Source: a virus. From it: a stretch of 64,000 nt of DNA. The DNA is taken from IMG/VR virus record IMGVR_UViG_3300046167_000873, positions 1-64,000 of that record; one strand, given 5' to 3'. Shown here piece by piece: positions 9,621 through 18,732 of this stretch (its first letter is position 1; each line of letters begins with the position of its first letter). The notes under the pieces are model-generated. The model saw nothing but the letters and a program-made list of their open reading frames with translations, was not told the DNA's origin and searched no databases. Position numbers and translations under genes: made by a program.

Positions 9621-10448
9621 TTATCCTGTTAAATTGTGCCCTTGCGTTGATATATCTTTTAGTATTTCTTTTTCTGTCATCATTTTAAATTCTGGCTTTC
9701 TTTGTGTCAACCCAATATTACCAGAGATGATCATCACGATGGCCAAGGGATCAAATACACATACAAGTAATATAATAATCCACCTAACAGCAACGTCAAA
9801 ATACTCAGCTGCATTATCCTTTCCATAAATTAATTCCGCAATATACTTGAGTGGACCCACTTCAACTTCAAGCTCAAGTCGTTCTCTCTGCAAGGGACTG
9901 AGACTCGATTGGAGTCGCTCGATATTAGCATATGCATTATTGATGTTTTCGTTTTGAGCTGCACGTTCCTCGCCTTGCGCTTGCCGTGTGGCGATCGCAC
10001 CGTCCTTGCCTCTGATCCTATCATAATCGATGAGGGTTTGAACTGTGGCGTCCAATTGCGAGAGAACCGTTTCTGCATCCTTAATAGAACGCTGCTGGTT
10101 TCCAATTTGTCTTTGAAGGTTTTCGATCTGAAGCTCATTTGTTCCACCTGTTGATATAGAATGCTCAAGATGTGCCTTACTAAGATAACCGAAGATACCA
10201 AGAGAAGTAATAAACACCAGCACAATGATAGATAATACCATGTATGTGCGAATAAGTACAGGCGCAATTGACCACGACCTATAAATCCACGATGCTGCTA
10301 CAACCTTTGATAACTCTAATGTCGCTGCCATTACAACAACTGACCAAAATGCACCTGCAAAAATTGTTGCAAGTCCAACGATTGAAAAATACCCACCCAC
10401 ACATGTCAACATCAATCCCATCATCAACACAAGATGGTGTACGTTCAT
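9621..10448 (-). CDS. membrane protein with coiled coil
   Basis: Three N-terminal TM segments, coiled coil, C-terminal TM (VFDPLA). Confidence 0.7.
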   Translation of the reverse strand: MNVHHLVLMMGLMLTCVGGYFSIVGLATIFAGAFWSVVVMAATLELSKVVAASWIYRSWSIAPVLIRTYMVLSIIVLVFITSLGIFGYLSKAHLEHSISTGGTNELQIENLQRQIGNQQRSIKDAETVLSQLDATVQTLIDYDRIRGKDGAIATRQAQGEERAAQNENINNAYANIERLQSSLSPLQRERLELEVEVGPLKYIAELIYGKDNAAEYFDVAVRWIIILLVCVFDPLAIVMIISGNIGLTQRKPEFKMMTEKEILKDISTQGHNLTG

Positions 10449-10757
10449 TTAATCCTCCAGGATTTGGTTTAACTTAAGTTTAAATGCGTTAATCTTATTT
10501 ACACGGTCTTCACCTGGCCAATAGATATATTCTTTTTCTGGCTCAGTTGAAAGATTGTTGAGTAGTGGTATAACAGCTGCATAGATTGATTGTGCCTTTT
10601 GTCGCCACTGCTCAGATTGTTCCATCCACTCGTTTGCTGTCGATTCTGTTTGTGTAAGCTCTGATCTAACTTCTTGCACTTCAGACAATTCATCTGCGTC
10701 AACAAGAGAAAATCCAAAATCGAAGTTCTGTAAGTCTAGCGTTGATTTTTCTGTCAT
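10449..10757 (-). CDS. hypothetical protein
   Basis: ORF coupled to the gp43 stop. Confidence 0.65.
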   Translation of the reverse strand: MTEKSTLDLQNFDFGFSLVDADELSEVQEVRSELTQTESTANEWMEQSEQWRQKAQSIYAAVIPLLNNLSTEPEKEYIYWPGEDRVNKINAFKLKLNQILED

Positions 10758-13277
10758 CCGAAAAAGTCCTCAATTGAATTTGTTTTTTCTACGTCCCATC
10801 CAACGGCATCAAGTATTGTTTCCATTGGCTTAAGATATCCCTTGTAGAATTGTGTTTCGAAGTCTAAGAATTCGTCTAGAGCAAATTCTTCTGGCAATCC
10901 AGCAGGTGAAGCTATAACTGTTTGGAAGATTGGGTTTGCCTTAACAAGATAGCAAAACTTTATCTTTTCACCTGACTTAATTTCTTCGTATTTCTTTTCT
11001 AAGTTATATTTATTCAACAAATGATTGTAGATTAAACTACCTTTGACTTGTATAGGCGTTCCTTTTTTGTAGATGTTTGTTTTGTCAGCGTATGTACCAG
11101 GATAAATTTTACCTTGTGCATTCTTTTCCCACTTAACAAAGTTACAACTCCTTGGAAATGCGATGTCTTCATAACTCAATGTTCTAAATTCAGTACGGAA
11201 GTTTGAGATATATTTCTGGACGGTTCCCTCATCTGTCGTCATAATGAGCTTAAGTGTCTTTTTAATTTCATCACGGCATACAGCAGGAGTCGATGAACGT
11301 ATTGCTTCGATGCCCATCATCTTCATCTTAGGATCTGTATATCGAACACCTTCTTCATCATAAACGTGCATGATATATCTTTTCTTTGCAGTCCATATAG
11401 CCTTATCGGCAATGTTTTCTCGCTTCATAAACATTTTTTGTGATCTTGCATTGGTGTAATTAGCAAGATCTTTATATGCGCTGTCAATAAACGGCTCAAT
11501 CTTCGACTTCGCAGCGAAATCTAAAAATTCAATAGGATCATCTGGATTAACTTTCTTTACAAGTTTATCAAAGCATACATAAATCGAATCAGTATCTCCT
11601 GCTATAACATAATCTTTGTTCTTTGTGCTGAGCAGTTTGTTGAGATAGTCGTTCATCTTATTCTCAATCCAACGAATGGATAGTTGACCGGCCATTGTAA
11701 TTGCTTCAGCATTCTCGTTATCGAACCACCGAAAATATTGATTTGCTAACGCACCATATGCAGAGTTCAATTGAATCTTTTTACTGTGTTGTAGGTTATG
11801 ATAACGAGAGATGTCAACCTCAAGTTGTTTGGTTGGATTTTTCTGATATTCTCTCTTTGCATCTATCATCTTATTCTTGTATTCTACACGGTCATTATAC
11901 ATTTTTTCCATAATTGCAGGCAAAAATCCTTGTTCTATAGTATCATAGACTTGACCATTAGGCGTGAGTGTGCAGTGTGAGCTCCTTAATTGATCAAGAT
12001 TAACTTCTTGTTTCAACATTGTATCAACACTTACGTTATTAATATGTACGTCACGCTTGCATTCAGGTGATATGTTGTATTGCATAATGAGATGAGGATA
12101 CAGTGAGTTGAGGTCAAATGACATTACCCATTCATGCATACCTACGTGTGGGTCTTTTACGTGGCCACCTACAATACTGCCTGTATTTTGATTACTCTTT
12201 CTGTCATACGTCACCACTTTGTTTGTATCCATTAAATAATTGTGGATGATGACGTCCCATAGTAACACGCTAGCTAAAGTATCTTGGTAGTTTACTTTTG
12301 CATCATATGCAATTGAAAATATTTGGTCGATATAACCGAGTTGCTTCTCTAGTTCTACAATAAGCATAACGTCATCAATGTTGTATTCAATAAACTTTTG
12401 ATGATTGTTCTTGTATAACTCATGTAGATTACCATACTCTGAATAATCTACTTTCTTTCTACCGATCTCTATTTCAGCGATGTAGTCTAGGCGATAAGAT
12501 TCTCTAGGTTGCAGTCTAAACTTTTTGTATATCTTTAGGTAGTCAAGATCTGCTACACCAAGTATAGAATATGTCTGCGACTGCTTATCGCTGCCTGCTC
12601 GATACACCATCTTTTCTTTAACGATGCCCCATGGGCTTAAACGTTTATGTGAATCTTTAGAGCATACCTTTTGAATTCTGTTCACTAAGTACGGTATATC
12701 AAAAAATTCTGAGTTCCACCCCTGTGACAGCATCGGGATCCATTCTTTCCCAAGACTGCAAAAACTTATTGAGCAGATGAGTCTCGTCTTTACACTTAAT
12801 ATAGTAAACGTCTTTGTATTTTTCAAGATTAGGTTTCTTAAAATCACGTATTCCAAGAGCAACACATAGACCGCCTTTGATAATTGTAATTGCGGTAATT
12901 TCTTTTTCTGCTTTCTCAGGTTCTGGAAAACCATCGTCAGATTTTACCTCGATGTCTATGTAGACGACATTAATCTTTGATGTGTCAGGCTGGAAATTTT
13001 TGTATGTGTCGTAAATATAAAGATAAGCCCAGCGAGATGATCCGTAGATATCAAACCCGTGCCATTGCTCACTCCATTGACGGGCTTCCCAAACATTATC
13101 AAAGTCTACGCGCTTTACATTTGACCCATGGATATCTGTGATTCCTGTAGGCTTTGCAGATGCAGCGAATAAATATGGTTTGTAAGCAATCTTTTTTTGG
13201 AAACGACCGTCGGCGTCAATACCACGAACATACAAGTAATTGCCTTGCTGGATAACACTGGTGTAAAATGAATTCAT
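10754..13277 (-). CDS. gp43: family B DNA polymerase (T4 gp43-like); one apparent +1 frameshift at ~12720
   Basis: Exo I DIEV in 12699..13277; GWNSEFFDIPY, SFDLNSLYP, KIQLNSAYG, AGDTDS in 10754..12934; the two join if one G is removed from ACAGGGGTGG. Confidence 0.95.
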
Positions 13278-13348
13278 ACTATCGGTTTTTTCACCTTATT
13301 TTAGTAAGCCTCGGCATTGTACAACGGAAACTTAGAGAAGTAAACCAC

Positions 13349-13795
13349 ATGAATAGAGAATCTGTCTTTGAGCAACTCAAAATCGATGAAGGTATTAAGT
13401 ATGAAATTTATCTTGACCACCTTGGTAATCCAACATTTGGTGTTGGACATTTAGTTGACGACAACGAGCCAGAATATTGGTTGGAAGTAGGGACAGAGAT
13501 TTCACACGATAGAGTATGGCAAGCATTTAACCAAGATTTGAATGAAGCAATCGTTGATTGTAGATCTTTATACGGCGAAGGAACTTTTGATAGATTCCCA
13601 GGTGAAGTACAGGAAATATTAGTCAACATGATGTTTAATCTTGGTAAACCTCGATTATCAAAATTCAAGAAAATGAACACTCATTTATATGATAAAAATT
13701 GGAAGCTTGCTGCGACAGAAGGTCGAGATTCGTTGTGGTATAACCAAGTAACAGCAAGAGCAGAAAGACTTATGACAAGATTAGAGAATGTCTAA
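13349..13795 (+). CDS. T4-type lysozyme (GH24) / endolysin
   Basis: LKIDEG..YEIYLDHLGNPTFGVGH (E-x8-D-x5-T triad), NMMFNLG, DSLWYNQV..RA.RL; the only convincing plus-strand gene. Confidence 0.92.
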   Translation: MNRESVFEQLKIDEGIKYEIYLDHLGNPTFGVGHLVDDNEPEYWLEVGTEISHDRVWQAFNQDLNEAIVDCRSLYGEGTFDRFPGEVQEILVNMMFNLGKPRLSKFKKMNTHLYDKNWKLAATEGRDSLWYNQVTARAERLMTRLENV

Positions 13796-13911
13796 TCGTC
13801 GTGCTTATTAAATAAATCGTCACTCATCTTAATTTTTAAAATCAACGCAGCATAAATTGTAGACATAACAATCAGGATAACCATCAATAAACTTATAATG
13901 TAATCTAACAT
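13792..13911 (-). CDS. 39-aa single-TM peptide
   Basis: Manually read: MLDYIISLLMVILIVMSTIYAALILKIK... Confidence 0.45.
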   Translation of the reverse strand: MLDYIISLLMVILIVMSTIYAALILKIKMSDDLFNKHDD

Positions 13912-13920
13912 GTTATGCCC

Positions 13921-14091
13921 TCAAAATTCAACGCATTGTAATCGGAAGCTTGTTTTTTCTATATACCCTTCTGCAGGATAACGAAAGTATTCTCTTTCTA
14001 TATATGGTACTTCTTTATAGATTTCACAAGGCTCGCGCTCTGTACTACTGCACCCACTAATGAGCAACAACAATACACACAAATATTTCAT
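13921..14091 (-). CDS. 56-aa lipoprotein
   Basis: Manually read: MKYLCVLLLLISG-CSST lipobox; AAGGA SD; downstream of TATAAATA. Confidence 0.6.
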   Translation of the reverse strand: MKYLCVLLLLISGCSSTEREPCEIYKEVPYIEREYFRYPAEGYIEKTSFRLQCVEF

Positions 14092-14122
14092 TATCCTTTT
14101 CCTATGAAGTAGTAGACGGTGT

Positions 14123-14130
14123 TATTTATA
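14123..14130 (-). promoter_or_regulatory. T4-type late promoter TATAAATA
   Basis: Exact consensus in an intergenic gap. Confidence 0.7.
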
Positions 14131-14168
14131 AATGTAAATATTTAACACCATTTCAAATACGAATAATT

Positions 14169-14348
14169 CTATTCATCGCCTTTTCGTAGTTCTTCTTTTT
14201 GAACTCTACGGAAACGTTTATTGTATTTCTTTTTGATTGCTTTAGCAACACCGGAACGAGTGAGATAAACATAATACTTACGAGCCGTAGTAAGAGCATC
14301 AAATTCATCGCCACCCTTCATGGGTATTTTTGGTTTCTTTTTAGACAT
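14169..14348 (-). CDS. small basic hypothetical protein (MSKKKPKIPMKGGDEFDALT...)
   Basis: Manually read 59-aa ORF with GGAG SD. Confidence 0.6.
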   Translation of the reverse strand: MSKKKPKIPMKGGDEFDALTTARKYYVYLTRSGVAKAIKKKYNKRFRRVQKEELRKGDE

Positions 14349-14441
14349 GACTATACTCCAAAAAAGTGGGCACCCGATTGCTCTTTATCCCACATTATTT
14401 GCCAACGGGAAGGCCGCAGGTCTTATAGGGTGTAAAACAGT

Positions 14442-14636
14442 TTATGCCTTTTTGCTTTGTTTCTTCTGACGTTCTACGTAATGCCAATTCCTTGTGATAG
14501 GATTTTGAACATGGTTTTCGGAAAGTTTCTGCATGACAATACGAACTTGCCTTGCTTTGACAACAATCTCTTCCATTTCATCGGCACTTGCAAACGTAGA
14601 AGCAAAACATAAGGCAATAATTGCCCAGCGTTTCAT
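14442..14636 (-). CDS. secreted small protein with TonB-box-like N-terminus
   Basis: Signal peptide ending AFASA, then DEMEEIVVKAR. Confidence 0.65.
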   Translation of the reverse strand: MKRWAIIALCFASTFASADEMEEIVVKARQVRIVMQKLSENHVQNPITRNWHYVERQKKQSKKA

Positions 14637-14638
14637 TC

Positions 14639-15148
14639 CTAGTCCTCGTTGAGTAATGCGTCTATTCTTTCAGGTGAAAAGAGATCACCATCAGACTCAT
14701 TTAGTAGATGTTTCTCGGATTTACCTATCGTAATATTTCTAGGCAGCTTTTCCTTAGGTAGGACTACTTTCAGGTCAATGACCAGAAGCCCATCTATAAA
14801 GTCAGCTCCATCTACAACAACGTGTTCGGACAATCTAAAGGTACGTGTAAATTTCTTTGCAGAGATTCCACGATGTAAGTACTCACGTTCAATTTCTTTA
14901 TCCAAAGTAGGTGTGTTGTTGCCTTGAACGACAAGAATGCCGTCTTTGACTTCCACTGTTAGATTATCTTTCGAATAACCTGCAAGTGCCAGTTCTACAG
15001 AGAATTGAGTTTCATCGTGCTTCACTACGTTGTGTGGAGGATAGAGTTTGTTGTCTGCCATATCTGACAGTCTCTCAATCTCCGACCATACGTGGTCAAA
15101 ACCAATGAAATGTGAACGTGGAAAAGAAAATGCTTTAGTTGATACCAT
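14639..15148 (-). CDS. hsp20: small heat shock protein Hsp20 (IbpA-like)
   Basis: FIGFD, YPPHNV, ELALAG, YLHRGIS..F.R.F.L, A.F.DGLL.I.L. Confidence 0.95.
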   Translation of the reverse strand: MVSTKAFSFPRSHFIGFDHVWSEIERLSDMADNKLYPPHNVVKHDETQFSVELALAGYSKDNLTVEVKDGILVVQGNNTPTLDKEIEREYLHRGISAKKFTRTFRLSEHVVVDGADFIDGLLVIDLKVVLPKEKLPRNITIGKSEKHLLNESDGDLFSPERIDALLNED

Positions 15149-15230
15149 AACGGTTCTCCTTATTTAAAAGCAAGAATGTTGTTTTACTCTACCGGATTAT
15201 TCCGCATAGAGATGCTGACAAATGCCAGCA
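15149..15230 (-). promoter_or_regulatory. ROSE-like RNA thermometer 5' leader of hsp20
   Basis: Two upstream hairpins, then UCUUGCUU paired with AAGGAGA (SD). Confidence 0.6.
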
Positions 15231-15234
15231 CATG

Positions 15235-15242
15235 TATTTATA
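15235..15242 (-). promoter_or_regulatory. late promoter TATAAATA upstream of hsp20
   Basis: Exact consensus. Confidence 0.75.
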
Positions 15243-15268
15243 CTAACATAACAAATTTAAAATGTAAA

Positions 15269-16219
15269 CTATTCACAATACTCTATACTACTTTTAGACG
15301 CATCTAGATCTAATTCAATGAAATTTTGTGGTGCATTCATCATAGTTTCGTGCGCCATTGCAATATTACCTAGCGTATCATTCAAAACAGCGACAGCATT
15401 TGCTTCTTCAGAACCCCACATCAATCCGTCGTATTTGGTATTGGTGTTACTAAAGAATGGGATACGCCTTTCTGCATAGGACATTATAGTGCCTCTTGTA
15501 TCGTCCTCTGGCAAACGATAGCCAACACCACCTTGTATTCGTGTATCCTCACCGATATCATGTCTTAGGCCAAAATTGTGGCCTATTTCATGTGCTAGAG
15601 TCATGTTAGCACCATAACAGGCAGTCACACTTGCTCTTGGCCATGAGGTCGTTCCTACCTTTGCAACACCACAATATCTCCACGCTTGGAAATACTCTGG
15701 CAACAACTTTATACCCAAGTCAGCACCGTTACGGCGGGATATATTATCCATTCTACTTTGTAGGTCATTGAGCTGACTGATCATACTTGTTCCGTCCCAC
15801 GCTACTGTCTGTATTTCAGTAACAATAAACTGAACTGGTACACCTGATAATTGAAACGTGTTGTTTAATTTTCTGACTTGCTTAAGTGCAAATCTCCATG
15901 GCTCTCTAATTTCATCGTCAACTTCGATGTATACCATGACATAAGCAAGCCCTGGCATTTTATATAACTCATATGGTGACATGTCTCTGCCACTACATGA
16001 TACCTTTCGATCAGCTTCATTGCATATAAATGGCTGAGGCATATCAGGTGGGTTTTGTGCGTATCGTAATGCTTTAATTGATTCTTGCTGATACCAATGA
16101 ATATTATCAGCGCAGTCTTCGCAGACCTTTCCTGGTGATGAATTGATTGGAACATTGCCTGGTGCTGCAGAAGCAGCCAACGACACTAACATAATTGCAG
16201 TGCACAGTACTCGTAACAT
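15269..16219 (-). CDS. secreted metzincin (reprolysin-like) zinc metalloprotease
   Basis: Signal peptide; HEIGHNFGLRH (HExxHxxGxxH); Met-turn TIMSY. Confidence 0.85.
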   Translation of the reverse strand: MLRVLCTAIMLVSLAASAAPGNVPINSSPGKVCEDCADNIHWYQQESIKALRYAQNPPDMPQPFICNEADRKVSCSGRDMSPYELYKMPGLAYVMVYIEVDDEIREPWRFALKQVRKLNNTFQLSGVPVQFIVTEIQTVAWDGTSMISQLNDLQSRMDNISRRNGADLGIKLLPEYFQAWRYCGVAKVGTTSWPRASVTACYGANMTLAHEIGHNFGLRHDIGEDTRIQGGVGYRLPEDDTRGTIMSYAERRIPFFSNTNTKYDGLMWGSEEANAVAVLNDTLGNIAMAHETMMNAPQNFIELDLDASKSSIEYCE

Positions 16220-16383
16220 TGAATTGCCCTTTTAAAAGTTTATTATTTTTTATTGGACATAACAAGAAGAGCTAGAAAGGATTTCGAACTGGTGTGCGTA
16301 TTATAAGAACGCTAACACTAATATAATTGGCTAAGTTATCAGTTCGTGGACACCTGGTGTTTCCGTGCCCGAGCCAATTCTTT

Positions 16384-16536
16384 TTACTTTAGGTTTTGGT
16401 TTGATCCGTCATTTTTGCCGCCAGATCCACCGGTGCCATTACCACCGTTGCCACCAGAATTCCTGCTTTTTACAACCCATACAATTACAGCCAAAACAAC
16501 TAGGCCGCCAATTACTAATTCAGTCGTCATTTCCAT
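16384..16536 (-). CDS. 50-aa single-TM protein with Gly-rich tail
   Basis: Manually read MEMTTELVIGGLVVLAVIVWVVKSRNSGGNGG...; AAGGAG SD; late promoter at 16568. Confidence 0.65.
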   Translation of the reverse strand: MEMTTELVIGGLVVLAVIVWVVKSRNSGGNGGNGTGGSGGKNDGSNQNLK

Positions 16537-16567
16537 TGTACTTCTCCTTATACGATTGTTAGCGTAT

Positions 16568-16575
16568 TATTTATA
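16568..16575 (-). promoter_or_regulatory. late promoter TATAAATA
   Basis: Exact consensus. Confidence 0.7.
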
Positions 16576-16579
16576 AAAT

Positions 16580-17053
16580 TTATTTGTTTGAAAATCTTGC
16601 ATTTGTTGATATTGCTTTTGAATTGTTATAGACCTCTTCAACCAAAAACTGTTCGTGCGTTACCGCTATTTCCTTACAGTTAATTATAGGATATCCACGG
16701 AATTTTTTATCCTTAAAGACAAAATTCCGATAGAAATGTTTGTGATCTTTACATCTATAGACATGGATTCCCTCTTCAAGAGACTCAGGAACCTTTATAA
16801 AGAATAGAATATCAACATTATCAAGCTTCCAGAATTGTTTTTCTTCGATCCAGAATTCTTGAGTCTTATTGTTGAGGCGCATTGTCTTACACTCTTGTGT
16901 CAGCCATTTGCCTCCGTTCCATGGTACGTATATAGTACCATCCTTTTTGGCATCATACCAGTCATCGGTTCGTTTAGATCCAAACCGTGAATAGATGAAA
17001 TCAATAATTTCTTCGCCTATATTTCCAATGATTACCTTCTTTGATTCACTCAT
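16580..17053 (-). CDS. putative PD-(D/E)xK nuclease
   Basis: G.IGEE helix, D...D, QECKT (ExK) spacing. Confidence 0.45.
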   Translation of the reverse strand: MSESKKVIIGNIGEEIIDFIYSRFGSKRTDDWYDAKKDGTIYVPWNGGKWLTQECKTMRLNNKTQEFWIEEKQFWKLDNVDILFFIKVPESLEEGIHVYRCKDHKHFYRNFVFKDKKFRGYPIINCKEIAVTHEQFLVEEVYNNSKAISTNARFSNK

Positions 17054-17145
17054 AAGTTAACCAAATCAGATGAAAATATCGAGCGAAGATCTTTTAAGAG
17101 TTGAAATATCGATAGGTGGTGGTACAGGTTTTGTAGGATTATTCT

Positions 17146-17334
17146 TCATGATGATTCCTCCATAGGTTGACATCTAAGCTCTGGCGGTGCAGATGCATGA
17201 TAAACCTTACATTGCTTTGGTTTAGTATCTATACTTAATTCTAAATGCGTCGAGAGCGCATTGAAAGAGACTAATATGAATGGCACAATTGCAACTAGTG
17301 CTAGATTCTCGAGGCGTCTTTTGCTAAGATTCAT
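17146..17334 (-). CDS. hypothetical membrane-anchored protein
   Basis: N-terminal TM. Confidence 0.5.
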   Translation of the reverse strand: MNLSKRRLENLALVAIVPFILVSFNALSTHLELSIDTKPKQCKVYHASAPPELRCQPMEESS

Positions 17335-17672
17335 TTTGCAACCCCCGCAATGCTAACAGCAACAATTAATGCACTTAATACCATCACCATATAAGGCATT
17401 ATTCGCATCGGCAATGGTATTTCGTCTCTGGTGCGATCTTTGATTGAATTCCTGCCAAGATAATAATCGTCTTGATGATTTAAATCGACCAAAGTAACGC
17501 CGCATTCGTAATTAGAAAAGTGCCATTGACTACCACAGACGATGTTATTATCCATAGCTCGAATTGTAGTGCATCCATGTAAACGATGTATACCTACTTT
17601 ACGTAGGTCTTCAGGTAGATCGCAACAAGCCATAACACTCTCCTTCTGGGAATTTAATTGAACACCATACAA
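17331..17672 (-). CDS. hypothetical protein with C-terminal TM
   Basis: ORF; start uncertain (ATG at 17633 also possible). Confidence 0.5.
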   Translation of the reverse strand: MYGVQLNSQKESVMACCDLPEDLRKVGIHRLHGCTTIRAMDNNIVCGSQWHFSNYECGVTLVDLNHQDDYYLGRNSIKDRTRDEIPLPMRIMPYMVMVLSALIVAVSIAGVAK

Positions 17673-17710
17673 CAGAACTTATGTAAAGTACAACAAAAAG
17701 ATAAATTAAT

Positions 17711-17785
17711 TGGTAGACCGTAGGAGAATCGAACTCCTGTTGCCGAGATGAAAACCCGGTGTCCTAACCACTAGACGAACGGTCC
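17711..17785 (-). tRNA. trnE: tRNA-Glu (anticodon TTC), encoded CCA
   Basis: GGACCGT acceptor pairs with ACGGTCT; D-loop AGTGGTT; anticodon arm CCGGG-TTTTCAT-CTCGG; T-arm AGGAG-TTCGATT-CTCCT; ACCA end. Confidence 0.95.
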
Positions 17786-17791
17786 ATTAAG

Positions 17792-18010
17792 TTATTGATT
17801 AAAATCTATCTTATCAAGCAATTCCATCATTCGAACAGTATCATCAGCACATGGCACCTTTCCTTCAAAGCGATCACGATTGATTCTCGCTGCGGTTAGA
17901 TGTGCTTCTCTGATGTAGCCATCAATCTGAGAAACTGCTGCTTCGAGGCTTTTTACTTTGTTCGCAAGAAAGACACTTCGCTCTTTTAACTTATCAACTT
18001 GATTTGCCAT
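17792..18010 (-). CDS. hypothetical early protein
   Basis: ATG after the cassette SD. Confidence 0.65.
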   Translation of the reverse strand: MANQVDKLKERSVFLANKVKSLEAAVSQIDGYIREAHLTAARINRDRFEGKVPCADDTVRMMELLDKIDFNQ

Positions 18011-18095
18011 GATATTTTCTCTCTTCAATTAAAGGTTAACTTCATTTGATGAAACCATTATAGTACAGTTTTTTCTAAAAGTAAACACTTTTTTT
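18011..18095 (-). promoter_or_regulatory. early promoter/leader cassette, copy 3
   Basis: GTTTACT-17-TATAAT, GGTTTCATCAAATGAAGTTAACC, AAGAGAGAAAAT. Confidence 0.85.
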
Positions 18096-18102
18096 AAAAA
18101 AA

Positions 18103-18312
18103 TTATGCTTCGCAGATTCTGCCGTTGTATGCGATAGTAGCAACACGCTTCTTACCACTAAAAACACGACCAGCGTCTTTGGCAAGATCACGACTACCTA
18201 AGAAGTTAGAGTCGCGCCACTCTTTAAAGATAGCAGAAGCTTCTTCTAAAGAAGCGCACTCAACGATCTGCTTAGGGAAGTAACGCTCTTGAAGTACGAT
18301 GCTTAAGTTCAT
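18103..18312 (-). CDS. hypothetical early protein
   Basis: ATG after the cassette SD. Confidence 0.65.
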   Translation of the reverse strand: MNLSIVLQERYFPKQIVECASLEEASAIFKEWRDSNFLGSRDLAKDAGRVFSGKKRVATIAYNGRICEA

Positions 18313-18392
18313 AATTTTCTCTCTTTTTAAGTGGTTGCTCATTTGATGAAACCATTATACGATAGTTTTTTTGAAAAGTAAACACTTTTTAT
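18313..18392 (-). promoter_or_regulatory. early promoter/leader cassette, copy 4
   Basis: Same motif set. Confidence 0.85.
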
Positions 18393-18404
18393 TTATTTTT
18401 TTTT

Positions 18405-18428
18405 AAAAAAAAGGGGGCGAACCCCCTT
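18405..18428 (-). terminator. rho-independent terminator
   Basis: AAGGGGG-TTCG-CCCCCTT followed by a T run. Confidence 0.9.
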
Positions 18429-18432
18429 AGCT

Positions 18433-18732
18433 TTATGTACGTTTCCTAGTCGCTGTCATTTCGTAGCCCTCAGCGTCCAGCATCTCGTTGACGACTTCGA
18501 TGACATATGGTGTGCGTCCACCGACATGCCACTCGTATACAGCCTCACTTCGGCAGCGCTCTCCGCCGTCGTACTCTTTCCAATCGTAGATTCGTATCTC
18601 ATTTGATTCGAAGTCGGTGAACACAAACTCGGTGCTGACTTTTCCGTCTCCAGACTCTTCTAAATCTGGTGCACCCATGATTTCGCAGATCTGGCTGAAT
18701 GTTGCTTTAACGTACCCTTGCAAACATGACAT
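18433..18732 (-). CDS. hypothetical early protein, paralog of 18908..19216
   Basis: SCLQGYV..T...GDGKV.TE..IYDWK..WHVGG. Confidence 0.7.
   Translation of the reverse strand: MSCLQGYVKATFSQICEIMGAPDLEESGDGKVSTEFVFTDFESNEIRIYDWKEYDGGERCRSEAVYEWHVGGRTPYVIEVVNEMLDAEGYEMTATRKRT

Noticed and set aside
12699-12934. Split gp43 as a programmed frameshift, intron or natural two-subunit polymerase
   Set aside because: One extra G in a G-run inside the conserved exonuclease motif TGWN restores the frame; similar indels occur elsewhere, so a sequencing error is most likely
14385-14436. HDV-like/theta ribozyme (GCC-TTCCCGTT-GGC resembles P3/L3)
   Set aside because: No convincing P1 helix could be built by eye; kept only as a generic structured-RNA candidate
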